From a virus (Duplodnaviria > Heunggongvirae > Uroviricota > Caudoviricetes), in the IMG/VR virus record IMGVR_UViG_3300012346_000561, positions 142,358 to 156,904 of that record: 14,547 bases of DNA; one strand, 5' to 3'. A program made the translations under genes and the position numbers. Positions 6,320-13,547 of this stretch are shown one piece after another (positions within the stretch are counted from its first letter, which is position 1; the number at the start of each line of letters is the position of its first letter). The notes under the pieces are model-generated. The model worked only from the letters and a program-made list of their open reading frames with translations. It searched no databases and was not told where the DNA came from.

Positions 6320-6327
6320 GCCTTTTT
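6299..6327 (-). terminator. intrinsic terminator embedded in the promoter spacer
   Basis: Minus-strand RNA AAAAA-GGCUUGC-AUAU-GUGAGUC-UUUUUU: 7-bp stem (4 Watson-Crick and 3 G-U pairs) plus U6, just after the metallophosphoesterase stop. Confidence 0.65.
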
Positions 6328-6336
6328 CCAATTATT

Positions 6337-7059
6337 TTATAAAAATTTTATTTCATTTGTGATGTGATCCCAATCAAACGTCATTGGCTTTTGAGTGTAT
6401 TCGTATTGCTCATCCAACACTGCTGCATTGAAGAAGTGAGTACCATCTTTAAACTGATAACCATATCCTGAATGAATATGTCCACATACATGAATCTTTG
6501 GTCTTAGTCTTTCGATTCTTTCTGCTAATAATTCACATCCTAAATTGTCATACTGTCTTCCTGTTACTGTATCTAGAGTTCCAAAAGCTGGACCATGAGT
6601 AACTAAGATGTCTGTATTGTCAGGAATTGCTTCCCACTTACCTGATAATTCAAGACTGTTTCTTTGTAAATTAAATGCCCAAGAATAGAATTCCGGTTGC
6701 CAAGGTGATCCGTAAATGCGAATATTACCTTCAGGATAATCTCCATTTGGACCATCACCGTACAATGTTAATTGCTCGTCTTGAAGATAGTCTACATTAA
6801 GGTGTTTGTTTATCCACTCCTGTACTTCTTCAGGATGATTTTCAAACATACGGTCATGATTTCCTGCTATGAAAATTTTAGCATCGTACTGTTTTAGAGA
6901 TCCAAACCAATATAAAAAGTCATGGATATCATTTTTATTATATCCTGAGTTCATAATGTCTCCGGCATGGATTAGAATATCTCCTCCAGGTAGATCTGAC
7001 ATTGGAATCAATCCATGTCTTGTATGTGTATCCGAAAGGACTGTTATTCTTGTTTTCAT
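6337..7059 (-). CDS. calcineurin-like metallophosphoesterase (MPPED1/2, 239FB-like), about 240 aa
   Basis: All five motifs are present: SDTH, AGDIMN, GNHD, THGP and CGHIH. The ATG at 7059 (MKTRITVLSDTH) follows the upstream stop and is preferred over 7110. Confidence 0.9.
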   Translation of the reverse strand: MKTRITVLSDTHTRHGLIPMSDLPGGDILIHAGDIMNSGYNKNDIHDFLYWFGSLKQYDAKIFIAGNHDRMFENHPEEVQEWINKHLNVDYLQDEQLTLYGDGPNGDYPEGNIRIYGSPWQPEFYSWAFNLQRNSLELSGKWEAIPDNTDILVTHGPAFGTLDTVTGRQYDNLGCELLAERIERLRPKIHVCGHIHSGYGYQFKDGTHFFNAAVLDEQYEYTQKPMTFDWDHITNEIKFL

Positions 7060-7060
7060 T

Positions 7061-7597
7061 TTATTTCCAATCAATTTTTGGACAGTATTTGTTGTATTTT
7101 GCTTTAGCAAATTCTACCACTAAATAAGTTTTTTCTTGTTTTGGTTCATTCCAAATTCTATAACCATTCTCGTCGTACTTTATCTTACGTCTATAGTTCC
7201 AATCTTTAAACGCTTTATACCCTTCAACAACACCTATTACAATTGCTATTACCCATGTCATAGTTCCTATGGAAACCATAGCCATATAGAAACTGCCTTT
7301 TTCGGGCAATACAAAAAATGCACAAATTAAGGATATCATAGAGGATATTACAAATAATATAAAATATGCTATTACACTCATCCCAATACGTTTACCTGTA
7401 CTAGTATCACTGTATTTGTAACCTTTGTCTGTTAGTTCTAAAACTATCATTGGAAGACATACTAATGAATAAGGTACTAATACTAACCATGCTAATACTA
7501 ATTTCCAAAAATATGGACATAAGTTAGTCGGTAAATCATTTGTTCCGTAGAACCATTTATACAATTTTGTTGATGTTGAATTTGAATTTAATGTCAT
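7061..7597 (-). CDS. hypothetical membrane protein, 178 aa
   Basis: Three long hydrophobic segments, LCPYFW near the N-terminus and KYCPKIDWK at the C-terminus. Confidence 0.8.
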   Translation of the reverse strand: MTLNSNSTSTKLYKWFYGTNDLPTNLCPYFWKLVLAWLVLVPYSLVCLPMIVLELTDKGYKYSDTSTGKRIGMSVIAYFILFVISSMISLICAFFVLPEKGSFYMAMVSIGTMTWVIAIVIGVVEGYKAFKDWNYRRKIKYDENGYRIWNEPKQEKTYLVVEFAKAKYNKYCPKIDWK

Positions 7598-7600
7598 AAT

Positions 7601-7831
7601 TTATAATTTTTTGTTTTTAAAGTTTTGCCAAGATTCATCTTCTTGTAAGAATTTTTCAATAAGAAAATATATGCCAGCTACTACAGCAGCAATATTAAGT
7701 AAGGGAATGAATAAATAAGGTAGTGGTTCTAAAAATTCTTTTACAGCCCCTCCATCTCTTTTAACTAAAAAATAAACACCTACTATTGATATTAGTAAAG
7801 GTAAAACGTAAAATAATAAAATCCAGATCAT
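7601..7831 (-). CDS. small 2-TM membrane protein, tandem paralog B
   Basis: MIWILLFYVLP...KRDG...FIPLLNI; clear similarity to 7828..8058. Confidence 0.8.
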   Translation of the reverse strand: MIWILLFYVLPLLISIVGVYFLVKRDGGAVKEFLEPLPYLFIPLLNIAAVVAGIYFLIEKFLQEDESWQNFKNKKL

Positions 7832-8058
7832 AACGGTTGTTTTAAGTATTCTTTAATATCTTGAATTATTTTTAATTTTGGTGCCAATTCATAGACAAAC
7901 ATTCCTATTACTATGATATTGAGTATAGGTATTAGCATTAACAATACACCCACTACATACTCTCCTTTGGTAGAGCTACCATCTTTTTTAGCAACGTAAT
8001 AACCTATAACACTACTTACTATAAACGGTAAAACGTAGAGTAATAAAATCCAAATCAT
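7828..8058 (-). CDS. small 2-TM membrane protein, tandem paralog A
   Basis: MIWILLLYVLP...KKDG...LIPILNI; same length (76 aa) as its paralog; ATGA overlap. Confidence 0.8.
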   Translation of the reverse strand: MIWILLLYVLPFIVSSVIGYYVAKKDGSSTKGEYVVGVLLMLIPILNIIVIGMFVYELAPKLKIIQDIKEYLKQPL

Positions 8059-8080
8059 ATCTTTTGCTTTTAAATTATAA

Positions 8081-8112
8081 CTAAATATACGAAATTATAT
8101 TTGGCTTTCCAA
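8081..8112 (-). promoter_or_regulatory. Bacteroidota-type promoter (TTG-N20-TATATTTAG)
   Basis: Minus strand reads TTG-GAAAGCCAAATATAATTTCG-TATATTTAG, 22 nt upstream of the ATG at 8058. It contains the inverted repeat ATTTGG-AAAG-CCAAAT. Confidence 0.75.
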
Positions 8113-8571
8113 ATTTTTCATTATAATTTTATAAACTTTTTTACTCTTATGTGGATCTCCTTTTCCAATTGCCGGATGTATTATTGTTCCTGGAAATTGT
8201 TTGTAGTACCTGTCTAGAGTATTCTGATTCATTCTTCTTACTGTACCCCAGCCCCATGAACCTTGAATGACAAAAAGACGAGCATTTGGAAAAGTCCTCT
8301 TAATAGTATTTACTAAAATACTTATGCCTCTGTCCTTGTATCCATCGTTTACTCCAATGCATACACATACGCTTTTAACTGCAGGAGATACAGGGTATTT
8401 AAGTGTTTTCCTATTCAATTTAACAACACCTATACCTGATTGGCATAACTGTTTTACTTGTTTAATTTCAGTTGAATGCCTGGCCAGTAGGTATGTTTGT
8501 GAATCACCTATTAGGATATGTTCCTGACTAAAACTAAATATTGTAAATAGTAAAAGTAAATATTTTATCAT
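8095..8571 (-). CDS. SGNH/GDSL-family hydrolase with signal peptide
   Basis: N-terminal MIKYLLLLFTIFSFSQ, block I ILIGDS, block III CIGVNDG and a C-terminal D-x-H (GDPH). Confidence 0.75.
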   Translation of the reverse strand: MIKYLLLLFTIFSFSQEHILIGDSQTYLLARHSTEIKQVKQLCQSGIGVVKLNRKTLKYPVSPAVKSVCVCIGVNDGYKDRGISILVNTIKRTFPNARLFVIQGSWGWGTVRRMNQNTLDRYYKQFPGTIIHPAIGKGDPHKSKKVYKIIMKNLESQI

Positions 8572-8714
8572 TTATCTTTTTTTGGTTCATCTTCTCCAAA
8601 CAAATCCTCTCCTTTATAGTCTGGATGCTTTGTATGCATTTCATCTATTCCTCTAACCCATAGTGCTACTATTCCAATTAGCACAAATATTCCTATAGTA
8701 ATTAATCCCACCAT
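8568..8714 (-). CDS. small single-pass membrane protein, 48 aa (MVGLITIGIFVLIGIVALWVRGIDEMHTKHPDYKGEDLFGEDEPKKDK)
   Basis: Manually found ORF that fills the 8572-8701 gap. N-terminal hydrophobic helix; its TGA overlaps the SGNH ATG (ATGA). Confidence 0.7.
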   Translation of the reverse strand: MVGLITIGIFVLIGIVALWVRGIDEMHTKHPDYKGEDLFGEDEPKKDK

Positions 8715-9319
8715 CCTTCAATATTTTCTTCCATTATTTTAAATAACAACTTTCTTGCTCTGTCTTGATTTATATGTGCAATATTCATTGCAATAATTCT
8801 TTTTATTTCAGATTCATCTCTATCATCTAAAGTAAATGGGCCTTCACCTTTTAATACTCTCTTATAGACTAAAGGATACTTTTTAAAGAACTCATCATAA
8901 TTTTCCCATACTTCTTCTGAATTGTATAAAGATGATCCTGGTCTGTCTTCACAATCAGTAAACCAAACTCTGTCTTTACGGTAATCCATATACTCCATTG
9001 AATAAGGCTCATCTTGACATAATTGAATTAATTTAACACATGTTCTCATATTACGAGCATCTTGTTGTGCTCGTGTATGAAAATCTCTACGGCCAATATA
9101 ATTGGCTTGAGCTTTTAATTTATGTTTCATTACTTCATAAATGTAATGCCCATCCCAATTTCTATCTTTCCAGATAATTGGAAACCAGTAAATAAGATTT
9201 TGAATACCCCATTTAATTTCTTTATGTAAGTATTTACCATCATGATTCCACCACAGCCATATTCTTCTAAAGAAGTTTGGTCTTGGTTGGTTTTTTAAAT
9301 CTTCAAAAAAATCTTCCAT
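8702..9319 (-). CDS. hypothetical protein, 205 aa (Trp-rich N-terminal part, helical)
   Basis: Long ORF with operon tiling; no family recognised with confidence. Confidence 0.85.
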   Translation of the reverse strand: MEDFFEDLKNQPRPNFFRRIWLWWNHDGKYLHKEIKWGIQNLIYWFPIIWKDRNWDGHYIYEVMKHKLKAQANYIGRRDFHTRAQQDARNMRTCVKLIQLCQDEPYSMEYMDYRKDRVWFTDCEDRPGSSLYNSEEVWENYDEFFKKYPLVYKRVLKGEGPFTLDDRDESEIKRIIAMNIAHINQDRARKLLFKIMEENIEGWWD

Positions 9320-9323
9320 ATTT

Positions 9324-9515
9324 TTACTTTTTCAGTTGTTTAACTCTATTTTGTGTTTCTAAAGATAAAGAAACTTGAACTGGTTTTCCTGTTCGGATTA
9401 ATTTTTGAATAGCTTTAGATACTAGTTTTGATTCTTTTGAATTCATTAGAACTTTCCCTAAAGGTGATGCTACCGGAACACAACTACCAGTAAATTTTCT
9501 TTTGTACTCACTCAT
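9324..9515 (-). CDS. basic hypothetical protein (about 63 aa, start MSEYKRKF)
   Basis: ORF track 9324..9533. The ATG at 9515 directly follows the upstream TAG (TAG-T-ATG), the same junction type as at 976-980. Confidence 0.65.
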   Translation of the reverse strand: MSEYKRKFTGSCVPVASPLGKVLMNSKESKLVSKAIQKLIRTGKPVQVSLSLETQNRVKQLKK

Positions 9516-9516
9516 A

Positions 9517-9927
9517 CTACACTGTATGTTCAATTTGTACTCTTACACAATTCTGAGGTAATCTGTGGATGTGTCTGTAGTTGTTTACGTACCCCATCAT
9601 ATTTGCACTACCAACTGCATTTGCAGAATGTATTACAACATCAACAACAGGAGATCCATCAAGCCATTGATTGACCAACCATTTAGTGCAATCCATTCCA
9701 GTTTTCTCTGTAATGTTATCATAATTTAATTCGTAGTTGTGATACACGTTTGAGTGCCATTCAGCCATTGCTGAAGGTCCTAAATCATGATCTAATGAAA
9801 TTATATCAATGTTTTCTAATCCTAAGTCCTGTACTTTTTGTACAAACTCTTCGTAACTTCTTACCACAATCCAACTTGGATCAGTTGGTGTTCTTACGTC
9901 GTCTAAGTATATTTTATGTCTTAACAT
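9517..9927 (-). CDS. stand-alone divergent receiver domain of the cyclic-phosphate-processing REC type
   Basis: IYLDDVRTP, VRSYEEF, ISLDHDLG and IHSANAVG are the pattern of the phage-enriched cREC_REC receiver family. There is no output domain and no histidine kinase nearby. Confidence 0.75.
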   Translation of the reverse strand: MLRHKIYLDDVRTPTDPSWIVVRSYEEFVQKVQDLGLENIDIISLDHDLGPSAMAEWHSNVYHNYELNYDNITEKTGMDCTKWLVNQWLDGSPVVDVVIHSANAVGSANMMGYVNNYRHIHRLPQNCVRVQIEHTV

Positions 9928-9932
9928 TTTAT

Positions 9933-10763
9933 TTATTTTTTAAGTTGTTCAAACCATCTATCAAATCCTTGTTCAGTGTTAGTTCCTTTTGAATTCCACC
10001 AATGGTAAAAGAAATCTAAAGATATTTTTCTTACTTCTTCCTCACTATACTTATTCTTGTCTTGTTCTTGTTGCCATTTAGCACCTGAAATAAAATCTAA
10101 TTTTATTTGTTTAGTATATTCAACCCTATGGCTTCTTCCTGATTTTATAGTCTTTATTTTATAATTTTCAGCAACTTCTTCAAGTGTTTCTTGTTTATGT
10201 TCTTTAATTGGAATAGTACAACCATAACTACCATTTACTGTTGGTAATTCTTGTTTAGGTTCTTCTTTTGGAATGATGATTTTGTATTTCCAAACACATT
10301 TAGAATGATTCTGTCCTAAATCATTTGGGTCAACTTGTCTTCCCATAGGGTTAAAGAATCCATAAACAACATCAACAAAATCACAACTTGGATTCTTAAC
10401 AAACCATTCTAAGAACTCATCATGAATAGCTTGTATACCATCTTTGATTAATTCTTGGTCTGTTGTTAAGATGATTTTTTTCCAATCTCTTCTATCAACT
10501 AAACCCTGAGCGGCTGCCAGCTTTGGAGTTGCTTTAATTACTTCAATCCCATCAGTAACATATTCATCTCTAACAAATTTTTCTTCACTAGTAATGTACA
10601 TGTTATGTGGACGTACAGAGGCATCTGTAACACTCATATGATGTTTATATTGACTATAGGTCCAATAAGGTTCACCAGCTTCCGTACCAATAGCATAATC
10701 TCTATAAGAACGATTTAATGATAAGCGAGATTCTCCTGCTAGTACTAAATGTATGTTTTTCAT
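9933..10763 (-). CDS. hypothetical protein, 276 aa, modular type recalled from Flavobacterium-infecting phages
   Basis: MKNIH..SRL, NMYITSEE, KIILTTDQELIKDGIQAIHDEFLEWFVKNPSC and KQETLEEVAE...GAKWQQEQ blocks; the family attribution is from memory and unverified. Confidence 0.8.
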   Translation of the reverse strand: MKNIHLVLAGESRLSLNRSYRDYAIGTEAGEPYWTYSQYKHHMSVTDASVRPHNMYITSEEKFVRDEYVTDGIEVIKATPKLAAAQGLVDRRDWKKIILTTDQELIKDGIQAIHDEFLEWFVKNPSCDFVDVVYGFFNPMGRQVDPNDLGQNHSKCVWKYKIIIPKEEPKQELPTVNGSYGCTIPIKEHKQETLEEVAENYKIKTIKSGRSHRVEYTKQIKLDFISGAKWQQEQDKNKYSEEEVRKISLDFFYHWWNSKGTNTEQGFDRWFEQLKK

Positions 10764-10785
10764 AACCTTTGTTTTAAATTAATAT

Positions 10786-10817
10786 CTAAATATACGAAAT
10801 TTATTTTGATAAAACAA
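10786..10817 (-). promoter_or_regulatory. Bacteroidota-type promoter (TTG-N20-TATATTTAG)
   Basis: Minus strand reads TTG-TTTTATCAAAATAAATTTCG-TATATTTAG, 22 nt upstream of the ATG at 10763. Confidence 0.75.
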
Positions 10818-11163
10818 ATAATTCGTATGTAGAATTTTCTGTATTAAACTTAATATAATCTTCTCTTTGTTCTACAATCTCTGTTACTGGGGTTGTTTGC
10901 CAAGTGAATGAAGGTCCAAATGGAGACATTAATAAACTTCTTCCAACAGCAATGTCTTCAAAGTCTGCTCTGTATCTTCCATCTTCATCAAACTCTAACC
11001 ATTTTACATCTCTGGATGTTTTGGTTAGTTGATCTCTTCCTCGAACTAATCTGTATTTAGGTTCTAATTCTTTCCCAAATATAGACTTAAATGCTTCATC
11101 TAGATTAAATGTACCATCCTCAGTTTGAGTTAGTAGTATTTTTGGCTGTGCTCCTCCTATCAT
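10801..11163 (-). CDS. hypothetical protein, 120 aa
   Basis: ORF track; ATGA overlap with the upstream gene; beta-rich C-terminal half. Confidence 0.8.
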   Translation of the reverse strand: MIGGAQPKILLTQTEDGTFNLDEAFKSIFGKELEPKYRLVRGRDQLTKTSRDVKWLEFDEDGRYRADFEDIAVGRSLLMSPFGPSFTWQTTPVTEIVEQREDYIKFNTENSTYELFVLSK

Positions 11164-11375
11164 AACCCTTTTTCTTTTTTAAATTCTTTTAATAAATCCG
11201 CAATGTAATTTTCTCTATAAAAAACCGCTTCTGTATATCTAAGAACAAACCATTCCGCAAACTCAATAGCAAATTCATCTGCTATTTTTTCACATTCTTT
11301 AGCTTGGTAAAATGGTCTGTTTAAAGTTGGAGTTGCAGTATCTAATTGCTTTTTAAACTTTTCTTTTAGTGTCAT
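11160..11375 (-). CDS. hypothetical protein, 71 aa
   Basis: ORF track; MTLKEKF...CEKIADEFAIEFAEW helical small protein. Confidence 0.75.
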   Translation of the reverse strand: MTLKEKFKKQLDTATPTLNRPFYQAKECEKIADEFAIEFAEWFVLRYTEAVFYRENYIADLLKEFKKEKGL

Positions 11376-11376
11376 A

Positions 11377-11937
11377 TTAGAATTTATTTTTTAATTCTTG
11401 TTTCTTAATAATCTCTTTCAATCTCTGAACGTATGTTGGATCCTCAGCATAATTTTGTCTTAAGTATTCAAAATACTCTCCTTCAGTTCTAATATCTGAT
11501 AAATAAGTTGAGTAGTATAGAGCATAATCTAAAATGCAATCTTGCCATGTATCGTAGTAAGCATGTCCTCTATTTGTACCTTTTGCTAAATTAGCTCTTA
11601 ATTTAGCTTCCTTCATACCAAACATGTTGTTGTTCTCTAGAAAGATAGTTGATTTAAAATGCCCTGATTCTAATTTAGCTTGTGCTAAAATGATGTGAGG
11701 GTATCTAAAATTTAACTGATTGATCTTTTCAATCAATTTACTTTCTGAGAATCCGCTATACTCTCTGATTACGATTAATCTTTCTTCTTGAGATAGATTT
11801 TCTACTTTGTTAGCTGGATTAGATGTGAATCCAAATATTAAAAGTAATCCTACTGCTGCTCCTAAACCTGTTAACGTTTTGTTAGTAAGTTTTGTTTTTT
11901 CGAAGTCTAACGTCTCTTTATTAAATTTGTAATACAT
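11377..11937 (-). CDS. GH73 glucosaminidase-domain peptidoglycan hydrolase with N-terminal membrane segment
   Basis: ILAQAKLESG (catalytic Glu), NNMFGMK, Y-x-T-W-Q-D-C-I-x-D-Y and YAEDPTY motifs; hydrophobic GLGAAVGLLLIFGF segment near the N-terminus. Confidence 0.88.
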   Translation of the reverse strand: MYYKFNKETLDFEKTKLTNKTLTGLGAAVGLLLIFGFTSNPANKVENLSQEERLIVIREYSGFSESKLIEKINQLNFRYPHIILAQAKLESGHFKSTIFLENNNMFGMKEAKLRANLAKGTNRGHAYYDTWQDCILDYALYYSTYLSDIRTEGEYFEYLRQNYAEDPTYVQRLKEIIKKQELKNKF

Positions 11938-11962
11938 AACCTTTTTTGTTTAATTATTATAC

Positions 11963-11994
11963 CTAAATATACGAAAAAAGAGTTGAACTAGCAA
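11963..11994 (-). promoter_or_regulatory. Bacteroidota-type promoter (TTG-N20-TATATTTAG)
   Basis: Minus strand reads TTG-CTAGTTCAACTCTTTTTTCG-TATATTTAG, 25 nt upstream of the GH73 ATG. Confidence 0.75.
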
Positions 11995-12001
11995 CTCTTT
12001 T
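11974..12001 (-). terminator. intrinsic terminator after the NAMPT-like gene, embedded in the promoter spacer
   Basis: Minus strand reads AAAA-GAGTTG-CTAGTT-CAACTC-TTTTTT: a perfect 6-bp core (10 bp with the A/T extension) plus U6. Confidence 0.7.
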
Positions 12002-12032
12002 AACAATTATTTTAATGTAAATATTTTATACC

Positions 12033-13538
12033 TTACTTGTTCTGTAAGCGTTTACGAATCTCTGTGAGAGTAGTTTCGTTTTGGAATTGACCATCTTTGT
12101 AGATTGTCTGAAGTTCTCCGTTTGCTTCTACTTCCCATGAAACTTTATCAACTAACATGTAATTATTTTCATTGTGTCTAGTTACATGTAAAAGTCCGGT
12201 TGCTGATTTCTTAGTTCCATCGTCAGTGATTGGATCTTTAAAGATTTCTCTCGCTTCTCCATCAACTTCAACGTAGGTTGCTTTCATTGCAAAACCAAAA
12301 GTATCTCTGGTGTTGAATTGGTATGTGAATGATCCCACTCCTAATACGATATTTGTACTTGCAAATCCTTTTGCTTCTAATCTACTGCAAATTTCATTTG
12401 CTCTTTCTATTGTAATGGAATCTCCGTAGATTGCTCCAATATGAGAATCTAAAACTTTGTAACCTTGTTCGTTGATAGTTCCGCCGAATACATCCCAAAG
12501 TAATTCAATAACACCTTTGTATTCCGGACTACCTTCATCTACGCCATACTTTGGGTAATTGTAATCCAAATTTTGTTCATCACCTGAATTAATAGTGTGG
12601 TAAGCTCCACAAATAATATCAACTGGATCACCTGAGTCAGGACGAATAACTAATTTACCATCTCTTGCAAGAATCTCTTCTTTAAGAGTTACAACATGTT
12701 CGGTACAAACTTTCCATAAATCCCAAGTATCTGATACAACTGATAAAATACCGGTTGGATATGTTTCTAACAATCTACGGAACGTTCCAACTTCGTCGTC
12801 TTTACTTCCAGCACACATAACTGAATGCTCAGTTGCATTTACACTTCCACAAACTGCTTCAGTTTCTCCGTAGAATTTTCTTGCACCATAAATTGTTGGT
12901 AAACTATCACTCCCCATAAAAGATGTTAAGTGTCCAAGTCCTGAAGAGATAACTGCTTCAACTGAATCCATACCTCTCATTGAGAAGTCATGCCCTTGCC
13001 AGTCGATAAACCAATCTCTTTCAGCGTCAGTTTTTTCCATCCAACTTGTTAATACTTTACGATATTGGTGTGCAATAGTTGCAGAAGTCATTGGTTTCCA
13101 TAATAGGTTAGAGATGATTGTCTCTAAATAATTTGTAACCCAGTAGAAATCTGGATGTGTGTTGTAGATGGTTAGTACCGGTACTTTGATAGGTACTAAT
13201 GTTCCTTCTGGAAGTGCTTTAGCATTGGTAGGTAAGTACCCTAAATCATGTAAAGCTTCAAAGTGAGAAACATCATAATCAGTTCCTAGGTACATTGATA
13301 ATTCACGTTTCATTTCCCCACAAACTTCATCTTTAGGTTTACTAAAGAATTCGTTTTGGAATGCTTCATGAATTTGTTTCATAACCATCTGTTGACCGAA
13401 ACTTACTACTTGCTCGCATCCTTTAGGAGCATATTTGTTACTACGAGGAGTAAAGTTAGAATAAACCAAAGTAGTTCCTTTTGGATACTGTTGGTGATGT
13501 CCTGTTTTATAACCGTCTGTTAAAAATAGTGGATTCAT
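12033..13538 (-). CDS. nadV: nicotinamide phosphoribosyltransferase-family protein; probably the Namat (nicotinamide ADP-ribose transferase) of NARP1
   Basis: TDGYKTGH, HDFSMRG, ATEHSVM, SVVSDTWD, VIRPDSGDP, AIYGDSIT and VLGVGSF motifs of the NAMPT fold. The Namat call is inferred from adjacency to the Prs-like gene. Confidence 0.93.
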   Translation of the reverse strand: MNPLFLTDGYKTGHHQQYPKGTTLVYSNFTPRSNKYAPKGCEQVVSFGQQMVMKQIHEAFQNEFFSKPKDEVCGEMKRELSMYLGTDYDVSHFEALHDLGYLPTNAKALPEGTLVPIKVPVLTIYNTHPDFYWVTNYLETIISNLLWKPMTSATIAHQYRKVLTSWMEKTDAERDWFIDWQGHDFSMRGMDSVEAVISSGLGHLTSFMGSDSLPTIYGARKFYGETEAVCGSVNATEHSVMCAGSKDDEVGTFRRLLETYPTGILSVVSDTWDLWKVCTEHVVTLKEEILARDGKLVIRPDSGDPVDIICGAYHTINSGDEQNLDYNYPKYGVDEGSPEYKGVIELLWDVFGGTINEQGYKVLDSHIGAIYGDSITIERANEICSRLEAKGFASTNIVLGVGSFTYQFNTRDTFGFAMKATYVEVDGEAREIFKDPITDDGTKKSATGLLHVTRHNENNYMLVDKVSWEVEANGELQTIYKDGQFQNETTLTEIRKRLQNK

Positions 13539-13547
13539 ATAAATTGA

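Larger units (their letters stand above)
11963..12014. repeat. 52-bp direct repeat, left copy
   Basis: CTAAATATACGAAAAAAGAGTTGAACTAGCAACTCTTTTAACAATTATTTTA; 51 of 52 positions identical to 14483..14534. Confidence 0.95.

Noticed and set aside
6869-7330. Plus-strand ORFs 6869..7123 and 7136..7330
   Set aside because: Antisense to the metallophosphoesterase and the 178-aa membrane gene; composition typical of shadow ORFs.
8267-8527. 86-aa plus-strand ORF
   Set aside because: Entirely antisense to the motif-supported SGNH gene.
9750-9992. 80-aa plus-strand ORF
   Set aside because: Antisense to the REC-like gene and the 276-aa gene.
8534-11083. Additional -7-like matches at 8534 (AATATTTAG), 9903 (TATACTTAG) and 11075 (TATATTTGG)
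   Set aside because: All lie inside coding sequence and none has TTG at the 20-nt spacing seen in the six accepted copies.
12033-13538. NARP2 or KVP40-type NadV/NatV salvage pathway
   Set aside because: No NMN adenylyltransferase (HxGH motif) gene is present in the window and the partner is Prs-like. It cannot be excluded for the rest of the genome.
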